A stretch of 64,000 bases of DNA, from positions 320,001-384,000 of the forward strand of contig CBDDEL010000017.1 of NCBI GenBank assembly GCA_965226885.1. The letters are read 5' to 3'. The notes under the pieces were generated by a model, which saw only the letters and a list, made by a program, of their open reading frames with translations, searched no databases and had not been told where the DNA came from. Source of the DNA: Opitutales bacterium (GTDB lineage Bacteria > Verrucomicrobiota > Verrucomicrobiia > Opitutales > UBA2987). Of the stretch, positions 1 through 10,300 are shown piece after piece (the stretch's first letter is position 1; each line of letters begins with the position of its first letter). The position numbers and the translations under genes were made by a program.

Positions 1-2
1 GC

Positions 3-92
3 GTAGCCTGGTCGGTACTCTCGCACAACCTATGGAAAGTAGCCAAGATGCTGGCCCAGCAAGACGAACTAAAAACCAAAGCGGCGGCCTAG
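3..92 (+). CDS. C-terminal end of a DDE transposase (IS5/ISNCY-like), partial at window edge
   Basis: Reads VAWSVLSHNLWKVAKMLAQQDELKTKAAA*; the W-x4-HNL motif and AA* end are typical of IS5/ISNCY-type transposases. Its TAG stop is part of the CTAG target of the IS1380 copy that follows. Confidence 0.55.
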   Translation, partial: VAWSVLSHNLWKVAKMLAQQDELKTKAAA

Positions 93-1659
93 CCCGGATA
101 TTTCATGAAGGGTAAAGTTTGGCTCGTTATTGCTATTGGAGATGGATTTCTTTGTATTTTGAGCAGATCGTCTTGATTTCTAGGTGTTTTTCAGGGTGTA
201 GAGACACTGCCCCCTTTCCCCCATTGGTTCGGTAGTGCCGGGGGCAGCACCAATGCACCCTTTAGGTTGGCACCAATCGGCGGGCCGCATGGTTGAAAAG
301 ACTGGCCCAAGGATAACTCTCACTTAGGTGAAAGTGAATCGTTCGGGTGTTGCGCACGATGACCGCTCCGATCTTGATTAATTTGAGCCGCAGGGTGTGG
401 CATTGGGCCCGCGCCCACTTCGTCCCTTTTAAGGCTAACCGGCGCATGGCTTCCATCAAGGTGTAGGCCAGCGCCGACAAGAGCAATCGCCACTGATTGG
501 CCCACCATTGATGGGCGCTGGTGCGCTCGCTGAACAATTGCATCTGTTCCTTGATTCGGTTCTCCATTTCACCGCGGCCACAGTATACCTTGTCGTAAAG
601 CTCCTGGGGATCGCCCGGCAGGTTCGTCACCACGAAGCGCGGGTTGGACCCCTGTGCGGTGTGTTCGGCTTTATGGATGACCAACCGCAGCCATCGCCAC
701 GAATCGGCAGCATAGACGAAGTCCTGGAATAACCGTTGTTTTTTACCCCTTAGTTCGAACCATTCTTTGGCCTGCTTTTGCAACTGCTGGGCGTCTTGCT
801 GCAAGCGTGCATTGCGAGCCATCCCCACGATGTAACTAACTTCGTTGCGGTCGCACCAAGAGAGTATCCGGTCTCGACAAAATCCACTGTCGGCGCGCCA
901 AATAATCCGCGTACGGGGCCAGCTTTGGCGAATCCGTTTAACCAGCAATTTGAGGATGGCCCCGGCATGCTTGCTGGCATCGATCTTGCTCGGCCGCAGG
1001 TAGGCCACCAGCAGCTGATCACCGCAAAAAACATATAGCGGCAGAAAACAGTAATGATCATAATAACCGTGGAAAAAACGTCCCTCCTGGAGCCCGTGCA
1101 CCGGATTGTCGGTGGCGTCAAAGTCCAGGATGATCTCTTCGGGTTCCTCGGCAAAGGAGCCCATGAACTGTTCGACCAACAGCTCGTTTACCGCAAAGGC
1201 CGCCCGCCAATCCTGCCCGTTTTCAAAACGACACAAAGTCGGCGCGCTGGCCAACGTTTCAATGCGCCCCGTTACCGTTTGCAACAATGGATCTTGGCGC
1301 AGGGTATCAAAGTCGTTCAAATCCTCATAGCCCGCCACCAGCCCGTAAACGCGCTGCCGCAGCATCCCCAATACCTCATGGCGTACTTTGCCCTTCTGCC
1401 GTTTGTCCACTAACTGTCGGGCCGCTCGTTCGGTCAAGCCCAACTGCCGATCCACTTCCCGGATCAAAAGCAGTCCGGCATCCGAAGTAACCTCTCCGCC
1501 CTTGAAATCAACCCGCACACGGCGGCCTTTTACCCTTGTCAACTGTAGCTTTAATTGTTTACCTTTTGTCATCGCTGATATTGCTTTAATTATTGATCTA
1601 TCCTGCTGTATATCAGCAGTTAAGCATATCAACGATACTTTTTTTACGAAATATCCGGG
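93..1659 (-). mobile_element. IS1380-family element, copy 1 (complete, 1567 bp)
   Basis: Terminal IR CCCGGATATTTC...GAAATATCCGGG; CTAG duplicated at 89-92 and 1660-1663; intact transposase. Confidence 0.95.
262..1632 (-). CDS. IS1380-family transposase (true start probably ATG at 1572, MTKGKQ)
   Basis: TSDAGLLL, GYEDLND, LDFDATD, HGYYDHYCFLPL, RADSGF and RGEMENRIKE motifs. Confidence 0.95.
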   Translation of the reverse strand: MICLTADIQQDRSIIKAISAMTKGKQLKLQLTRVKGRRVRVDFKGGEVTSDAGLLLIREVDRQLGLTERAARQLVDKRQKGKVRHEVLGMLRQRVYGLVAGYEDLNDFDTLRQDPLLQTVTGRIETLASAPTLCRFENGQDWRAAFAVNELLVEQFMGSFAEEPEEIILDFDATDNPVHGLQEGRFFHGYYDHYCFLPLYVFCGDQLLVAYLRPSKIDASKHAGAILKLLVKRIRQSWPRTRIIWRADSGFCRDRILSWCDRNEVSYIVGMARNARLQQDAQQLQKQAKEWFELRGKKQRLFQDFVYAADSWRWLRLVIHKAEHTAQGSNPRFVVTNLPGDPQELYDKVYCGRGEMENRIKEQMQLFSERTSAHQWWANQWRLLLSALAYTLMEAMRRLALKGTKWARAQCHTLRLKLIKIGAVIVRNTRTIHFHLSESYPWASLFNHAARRLVPT

Positions 1660-1663
1660 CTAG

Positions 1664-1700
1664 AGAGCGGAAAAGCAAGGACAATACTTTTTCACAGCCT
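1664..1700 (+). mobile_element. 3' end and terminal IR (..TACTTTTTCACAGCC) of the IS whose transposase ends at 92
   Basis: Continues directly after the CTAG duplication; GGCTGTGAAAAAGT on the reverse strand resembles IS5/IS1182-type termini. Confidence 0.45.
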
Positions 1701-1858
1701 TACTGTCGGCTCATACAAAGAAAACCAGGCAACCGGACCCCAAAACCAGTATCCTAACGTTATAGGAGAGCAAAGTTGATACTCTCCCAAATGCAAATAC
1801 CTCTAAAATGAGCGCCTATCAAAAGCCCTCGCAAAAATCACCCTTTTGGGACAGCCTC
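1701..1858 (+). mobile_element. Terminal segment of another IS ending ..CTTTTGGGACAGCCTC, inserted in IS1380 copy 2
   Basis: IS1380 similarity starts abruptly at 1859; GAGGCTGTCCCAAAAG on the reverse strand resembles IS1182/IS5-type IRs. Confidence 0.5.
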
Positions 1859-2684
1859 TAACTAACTTCGTTGCGGTCGCACCAAGAGAGTATCCGGTCT
1901 CGACAAAATCCACTGTCGGCGCGCCAAATAATCCGCGTACGGGGCCAGCTTTGGCGAATCCGTTTAACCAGCAATTTGAGGATGGCCCCGGCATGCTTGC
2001 TGGCATCGATCTTGCTCGGCCGCAGGTAGGCCACCAGCAGCTGATCACCGCAAAAAACATATAGCGGCAGAAAACAGTAATGATCATAATAACCGTGGAA
2101 AAACGTCCCTCCTGGAGCCCGTGCACCGGAGTGTCGGTGGCGTCAAAGTCCAGGATGATCTCTTCGGGTTCCTCGGCAAAGGAGCCCATGAACTGTTCGA
2201 CCAACAGCTCGTTTACCGCAAAGGCCGCCCGCCGATCCTGCCCGTTTTCAAAACGACACAAAGTCGGCGCGCTGGCCAACGTTTCAATGCGCCCCGTTAC
2301 CGTTTGCAACAATGGATCGTGGCGCAGGGTATCAAAGTCGTTCAAATCCTCATAGCCCGCCACCAGCCCGTAAACGCGCTGCCGCAGCATCCCCAATACC
2401 TCATGGCGTACTTTGCCCTTCTGCCGTTTGTCCACTAACTGTCGGGCCGCTCGTTCGGTCAAGCCCAACTGCCGATCCACTTCCCGGATCAAAAGCAGTC
2501 CGGCATCCGAAGTAACCTCTCCGCCCTTGAAATCAACCCGCACACGGCGGCCTTTTACCCTTGTCAACTGTAGCTTTAATTGTTTACCTTTTGTCATCGC
2601 TGATATTGCTTTAATTATTGATCTATCCTGCTGTATATCAGCAGTTAAGCATATCAACGATACTTTTTTTACGAAATATCCGGG
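1859..2684 (-). mobile_element. IS1380 copy 2, partial (5' half of transposase, frameshifted)
   Basis: Near-identical to copy 1; one A missing in the A-run near 2099-2103; end at 2684 followed by CTAA. Confidence 0.92.
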
Positions 2685-3942
2685 CTAATGAAGGTATGCC
2701 GCTGTCGTGATGCGGCGCACCATTCATGTCGTCGCGGTAGTCGGCATCGCCTTCGCTGTGTGGATCGTCGAGCTGCCGTAGCGGCGGGTTGGCGGCGCTC
2801 GCCACATCCTCTCCAAATGCCCAAACATCTCCATTGTTATCATAATCGTAGATAGCCGCCATGCAGTCGGCGAAACTTTCGTGCAAGGCGGCCCATTCAT
2901 CAAGATAATCATATTCAAGCCCCTCATCGAACGCCACACCATGAGAAAATTCATGTGCCATGAGATCCTACGAATCGTATAATTTCCCATGACCATTACC
3001 AAATCTAATAAAATTCGCTGGGTTCGTTGGTGGCCTAATCCACCAGGCATTATCTTCGTATTCGTCTCCGTATCGCACTTCTACTTCCACGATGGCCCCA
3101 CTACCATTCCAAGAGTCGCGCTCAAATCGGTCATCGAACAGGTCATAAGTCAACCCACTCGAATCGTAACAATCGTCGACCTCGGGTATATCAGTTTCAT
3201 CCTCTCCCTCCTCTCTAGCAGGATTCGCTGGACGCGTAGTTCCCCCATCTAGATCGTAGATATCACGATTAAGCGCCGGGATCATTAACGGACTCTGCAT
3301 CAGGATGGTTCCCTTTTTGGCGTCAACAATGATCCGCTTCGAGTCTGGATTTACTCCATCACGAGTATCGATGTAGAAAACATGTCCCGGCATCGTTTCG
3401 TCGGTATCTTCATGGTAGAAATAACAGGAAGAATCATACTTAATCTGATCCAGGGTTTTTCCGCCAAGCAGAGATGACACGGTATTCAGCAACGCCAGCG
3501 ACGGAGGCGATACATCATTTGTATCGTCTTCGACGCGGAGGACCGGCCCTCGACTGTAGTAAATTACCCCTTGATCGTTTGTATGTAAGACGATATCGCC
3601 GTAGATTACCGGCAAACCGGCGATTTCCTGCGTGAATTTGAAGGAGGCGGTGCCGTTGTTGTGGGTCCTGTTTCGGAACAACGTCAGTTTTGCCTCATCC
3701 TCGGGATAGTAGTCTTCACTCAAGACATCAGCCAAATGGTGACCATAAGCCTCCTTGTCCGAAGCGAAGATTTTCGTGTCAATGCCGACAGGATTTTCGC
3801 CGGGAGGAATTGCGCTGGCAGGAATTCCGCCGCCAGAGTCGGGAGATTGATTCGAGTTGTCCGGGATTTGACCGGCTGAATTGAGATAGCCTAAGGAGCC
3901 TATCATCACTGCGGTGGCAAGGCTACGGGTGGTATTTGTCAT
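2685..3942 (-). pseudogene. Thermolysin-like M4 metallopeptidase (signal peptide, FTP/PepSY propeptide, catalytic domain), inactivated
   Basis: NAWW, AHEFSHG and ALHESFAD motifs; in-frame TAG at 2968-2970 just before DLMAHEFSH; C-terminus cut by IS1380 after HHDSGIPS. Confidence 0.88.
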
Positions 3943-3976
3943 TGGTGTTTTCTTGTTAGTGTTATTTTGGGAATAT

Positions 3977-4006
3977 TCCTCAATGAGTTGTCGAAATCAT
4001 TGAGGA
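3977..4006. promoter_or_regulatory. Perfect 10-bp inverted repeat upstream of the M4 gene (operator or 5' stem-loop)
   Basis: TCCTCAATGA-N10-TCATTGAGGA, 35 nt upstream of the start codon. Confidence 0.4.
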
Positions 4007-4394
4007 CGGAAAATTTTAGATCGTCCGGCTAGGGATAGCCCTCCTTCGTCGTTGAATGGGTTCGGTGTCATAACCCCGGGGTATTTTGTTTTGCTTAAGA
4101 TAAAGAAATGTCGAGTTTCGAGAACACTTTAAATTAATAATTTTTTTTTAAAAGTCAAGCGGAAAGGGCGAAAATAACAAATTTTAACTTACGTAATGTT
4201 TACGTAGTCAGAGTAAGTGTTGCAAATAACTGTCTAACATCAAATTGCGAAAAAATATGGATTAATTGAGGATCGAGAAATCCGGATTATTCACCTATTT
4301 TGCCTTTCCCGTTGGGATTTATTTTGCTTTTCCCTGCTAATAACGGTAGTATTGGGGTTTAGTCATTCTCCGGTTTGTTGGTCCATCTCAAGAC

Positions 4395-7300
4395 ATGTAT
4401 CCTCTCTTTTCCGATCGCTTCGCCTTTTTTTTGTTGGGTTTATTTCTGCTTGTTCCTTATGGGACCAGCGCCCAGAGCACGACCATCCTGCAGGGGCGCG
4501 TGACCGACAGCGCAACCGGTTTCGGCATCGAGGGGGCGGCGGTTGAACTCGATCTCGATCCCGGCGGCGACCCCATTGAGTTTGCCACAGTGACGGATGC
4601 CTTCGGGTTCTACGCCATTGCCGATATCGCCTGGGGGACTTACGGCGTTACCGTCAGTCATCCCGCCTATGTGTCCCAGAGTGTGGCACTTGCGTTAAAC
4701 TCAACCGACCCGGAAACGCGGAATTTCGACATCGACCCGGCCGGACTGCCGCCGGGTTCCTCGTTTTTCGATGTCTTTGCCTAGGTCTCGGATGTTACTT
4801 CGGGCAAACCTCTTTTCGGCGTTCCAGTCAAGGTAATCGTTTTCGACGACGAGGTGGTGGAAAACATCATCGATTCCCGGGTTCTGGAAACCGACGAGAG
4901 CGGGAGCACGGTTTTTCGCGGTATGCAAACCGGTTATTACCGGTTCGTCATCAATGATTCCGCCGACGCCATCGATGTAATTTATCAGCCCAAATGGATG
5001 ACCTTTTCCACCGAGACGGCCGGTGGCGGGGCGCAGGATAAAATGCTTCTGGAAGGTCCCTATATGGCCAATATGCTCCTTGAACCGATCCTGCAAAGCC
5101 TTACCATCCAGGTGACCGGTTTCGATCCGGTTTCGCAGCTCGATCCGGCCAGCGACCCCGCCGTACCCCTGCCAGGTTTCTATGTCGAACTGACGGGGCT
5201 CGATGAAAACAATGACGGAGAGGGCAACCTCAGCCAAATTCCAATCCTTTCACCGCGCACCGGGGTGACCGATGAAAATGGCAAAATTAACTTCACCAAA
5301 CTACCGGCAATCGCGTATCAAGTAGTGGCCAAGCGGCACGGTTATTCGGCCGCGAATGCGATCATCGAACCGGGTGTGGATGACGGCGATTTCGACCCTG
5401 GAAACAGTGATGGAAACCCTTTCGTGCTGCCGGCGACGATCATCCCGACGCATGCGTTTGTCAACTCCTCCAATATCTTTGTTGAGCGCAACGAGTTCTT
5501 CCAAGTGACCAGAGGCGATCCTGATTTTTGACCGGTCTGGTCTTCCAGTTGGATGGGTTAAAGGACACTAATACCGAAGGCATTCATCGCACCCAATTCT
5601 CCTATACCATTCAAGGACTTGAGGATTCGCGGGCGTTTTTTCATTTGCTCCCGGGCCGTTATCGGGTATCTGTAGGCAGCATAGATAGGTTTGGCTTTGT
5701 GGACCGTTACTATACCGGGGAGGAATATTTCGACCTGTCCATCGGAGAGCCTATTTACGGGGGTTTCCACGAAGTCGATCCCACCATAACCCTTGAGGTG
5801 GCCCCGGCCAAGGTTAGGGGAAGGCTTTTCGCCGCCGATGCCCTGGGCGAGTTCGAATTGCAGGATAGCTTCTTCAACTCGAACAGATCGCGCAAGCCAG
5901 CCTATAAACCCAAACAGGCGGAGGGCATCTACCTGGTTGAATACCTGACGGAATTTACCGACCCCGGCGACCCGGCTTCACCCTTGGTAGCCGACGACCC
6001 GGTGGATCTCAACGTGGACCTTGGCGACGGCCCCTATCTGCCCCCTGACCAGAGGGTCGTCTCTGTCGACACCGATGAATCGGGCCTTTTCTCGATTGCT
6101 GTTCTACCCGGAAGATACGGTCTGCGGATACCTGCACTCAATGAAGTGGAGGGTGTGGACGGCTCCGGTTACTGGGGCAGCCATGTGATTTTGAGGGATT
6201 TGACGACGGGGGCCACAAGCACGCAGGACTGGCCGTTGCACCAGGAATGGCCGTCCGGATTTACCAGTCCCACCCCATTCCCGATCGCTCTCCAATCCAA
6301 CCACGAATACGAACTGGATATTTTCGTGCGCAAACAGGTGGTTGAAATACGGGGAGAGGTCCGGCCCATCGACGACCCGATCCGACGCCTGCTGGCCAAT
6401 GTGGACGACCTCGGAACCAGTGGCAATACCTCCGGCCACTCAGGTTTCGAGGACCTTGTGGATAATGGGGGAATGGCCACATTGGTCTCCCCCAATGGCA
6501 CACAGATGGAAGCCCTTTTTATCTTTAATGACCCCGGCCAGGATCCCGACATCGCATACCAGATTTCCAATGTCGTGGCGGGAACTCATAGCCTCTCACT
6601 GACCCATAGTCGTTTCACATTCGAGCACGACGGAAACGCACTTCCAATCGATATCGTCCTACACGCCTGGAAGGGACCCGGAGAATTGCCCACTCTTGAT
6701 CCTGCCGATTCCTCTTTCGTCGAACCGCTGACGACGGTAATAATTAACCCAGATGTCTTCGGCACATATACACCCAGCAACACCGTCATCATGGTGAGAC
6801 GTTTTGACGTAGATCCCAATCCTGGTCCGGAAGATCCTGAGTATATTGAGAGCTCGGTTATCGGGGACGCCGCATTCACCACAATCGCCGTCCAGCCGAG
6901 CTACGCCGACGGCAAAATATTCGTTTTTGAAAGTATATGGCCAGTGGGTTCCTTTTCATTCTGGATAGGCCGGGACTTCGACGGAAGCGTCACATGGTTC
7001 GAAGGTAGCACTAACGGGTCGAAGACTATCTCGCTTCATTATGGGGGCTCATCGAACAGTTTTACCGATCCGCAGCCCTTTAACACCGTTAGGGCGCATT
7101 ATAAATCGATAAATTTTGACGACCCAGCAACGGAAATTACAGGAACGGCCTTTACCCTCGACATCGACGGCACACCCACCGTTTTCTCCACTCCCCACAC
7201 CCAGTCCAATATTAAAGGAAGCTTCGGCTTCAGCAACGTCACCCACCCCAGCAACTGGATTATCAATAGTAGCGAAACGAGACTTACCAACCTTTCTGGA

Positions 7301-10300
7301 CCGGAATTTACGGTCACAATATTAATGAAACGAAGCTTTGACATCGCCGGAACGGTGAAAACCGGCGTATTCCCCATTGAGGGGGCGACGGTGGAAATCA
7401 AGGGGCGTTTCAACAACACTTTAAAGGAATTTACGACCGGTTCCGATGGGACTTTCGCCCAGACCATGGCATCCGAGATAATTTTTGTGGACATTACGGC
7501 GCCGGGCTACCTGCCTTGGCGGGAGCGCTATAACCCCGCCGTGCTGACGGGGGATCCGCCCACCTTGACGATTTCCGCCAACCTCATCCCTATCGACCCG
7601 CCAGCCTTCGGGACGATTACGTTGGACCGCTTCGGCCTTTTTCTGCCCGGTGTGAACAAATCAGGCGACCAGGACGCTTTTTACGGTTTTAACGCTTCCG
7701 GCCCGCTCACCCTGACGGTGGAGGCAATCGCCACACCTCAAAATCTACCCATATCCTACGACCTACTTCCCTTCGATTCCGCCAACGGTGAGGCGGGCGA
7801 TTCCCAATCGGTCGAGCTACCGGATGCTATTTCCGAAATTTGGATCATCGACCCGAGGAAATTTCCCGTCAATCCGGAACAGGTTCCGCCCCTCACGGGC
7901 AATCCATTCAATGAAACCCCGGTTCCCATTTCCCCACCCTCTTCCGGCCGCCCGGAGGACAGCCTGAAGTGGCTCCAGGAAATCGAAAGCGGCGTCATAC
8001 CCAACGTCTTTTTCCAAAAAGTGACCGACTTTACCCTGAACGGAGATGAGGCCACGGCGGTGGCAACGATTCCCCTCTGGGAACTGCCGCCGGGCGACTT
8101 CGATCCGATTTTCGTCGCCGTTACGAGGCAGGGCGCCATCACCATCAAGAGCGATTTTCAATACCCCGACCCAGTCGAAACGCACCGGCTGGAAGGCGCC
8201 CGGATGCCTCCTTGGTTGGCTTTTGTGGCCGATACTTTGGGCACCGTGGCGGGTGTCATCCGGACCAACAACGCCATTGCCGATATTCAAAATCCAAATC
8301 TGGTGGGGCAGCCGCTCGACCTCTCCAGCTTTATTCCGGAAGGCCGTTTCAAACCATTGCCGGAGTTCACCGCGGATATCGGGTTGGACGAGGATAATGA
8401 CGGCTTCCTGCTCTATGATTACAACATCGCCGTCAATGTGAACGAGGGCATGGAGACGCCTGCCAGCGGGATGCTGGGGCTGTCTCCGGGGATTTTGGGG
8501 CTCAACCTGCTGGCCTCCGCCGGGGTAGCCGTTTCGGGGCATGAGAAATCGGTTTCTTTAACCGTGCAGGGCACGGCCACGACCAAAGAAGACATTGATC
8601 TGGAGGAGTATTTGCCTAAAAAATTGTTTGGTTTCCAGCCAGAGGAAACGCATTTGAAGCCAGCCATCACTTTGCGGACGGCGGCCACCAGCTTTCTGGA
8701 TGACAACAACAAACTGGAAGCCCAGTTGCGGCATCAAGTGATCGGGGCGATGCAGACGGGCCTGAAGTTCAACCTTCAGCCTATCACTTCCAAGATACCC
8801 TATGTGGGGCCGGTTCTGCTGTCACTCGACAAAGCGAAGAAGTTCCAGATTTTGGGCACGCTTGATGGCGCTATCAGCCTGGACTCGCAAACTACCTGGA
8901 GCACCGTGCGGCCCCGCATATTCGAGGCCGAATCGATCACCACGGACCATCGTTTCCGGCGGCATTTCATGGGGGGCGATGAAAATATCTCCATCCCCGC
9001 CGGTGAACAGCCGCAAAACAGCAACCGCTTCGAACTCGGTTTCAATTTCGGGGCCGGTATCGAAATCAAGACCAAGAGCGCCCTCGGGGCCACCGGCAGG
9101 ATCGCTCTGCAAGGCGAGGAGAAAGTCATTCCCGGCTTCGAGGATCCACTGCCGGTGGCCACTGTCGTTTTTAACGACGAGGCCGACTGGCCCTACCTGA
9201 CGAGGATTCAGGGCGCCATCAACCTCAGCCTTGAGGCCCGGCTGGATCTCGGCATCACGGAATTGAAAAAGGGTTGGGACTGGGACCTCATCACCTTCGA
9301 ACACAATTTCGGCAATGTGGAGGAATCTGGCAGCTCGGCCAAGGGCCTGAGTCTGGGCCTTTTCGGAGGCGGCGGACCGACGGCTAGTGCGACGCTGCCG
9401 ACCACTCCGCCGGTCTTTCAACTGGTTCCCCTCACCATCACCGATGCGGTTGTGGAGTTGGAAAACCTCAGCCCGGTCGATTACACCGGAGAAACGCCGC
9501 AGACGGTGCTTGATTTTCTCGAAGTGGGTTCCTACGCCGGGGCCCCGGGCAGTGTGGAAGCGCTCGTTTTCACCGATCTGGCGGTCGAGCCCGATCTCGC
9601 CGCTGGCAATATGACCTTGAAAATCGCCCTGCGCACGGGTGAAAACAGTTGGGGCGCCCCGGTCGTAATTGCGGACGCCCCCGGCATGGCCGAAGTAACC
9701 ATTACCCAGCTTTCCGGTGGGCAGTGGATGGCGGGCTGGGTTGAGATTGCGGGCGATGACCTGCTCGACCCCTTTGGGCCCATGAGCATCAAAACCGCCC
9801 TCAGCAGCGACGCAACCGCCGCCTCCTGGCTGGTGGAAAATTTCGACACGGTCGCCGATCTGACCGATAGCCGGGCCAAAGACCTTCGTTTCACCATCGG
9901 CTCCAGCTTGGTGGGCCTGGTTTTCCTGGAAACGGATGGCGGACCGGCCTCAAGCGATTTCGCCATTCGGGGAGCCACCTGGGATGGAAACGACTGGTCT
10001 CTCGATGAAACACCGCTATTGCCCACGACGACATTGAGCGGATTCGAGGCGGCGGGGGCGGGTGTGAGCGGGAGCGATGTTGCCCAGATCGTCTATGTCA
10101 ATGGCGACCAGGAACTTTACGCCATTGAGTGGGACGGGAGCATAGCGGGGACAACGGAATTGTTGAGCGATTCGGCCACGGGCACTCTGGCCATTGCGGC
10201 GGGAGAAGCGGATACTTTTTACGCCGCTTACGGTCTGCTGGGGGGCGGCATCGGCCTTTCCAAATTCGACAGTGTGTGGTCTGATTTGGGAACTCCCTCG

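Noticed and set aside
4021..4085. Structured leader or riboswitch upstream of the M4 gene
   Set aside because: Only short hairpins; no match to a riboswitch consensus I can recognise. An Rfam/Infernal scan would decide.
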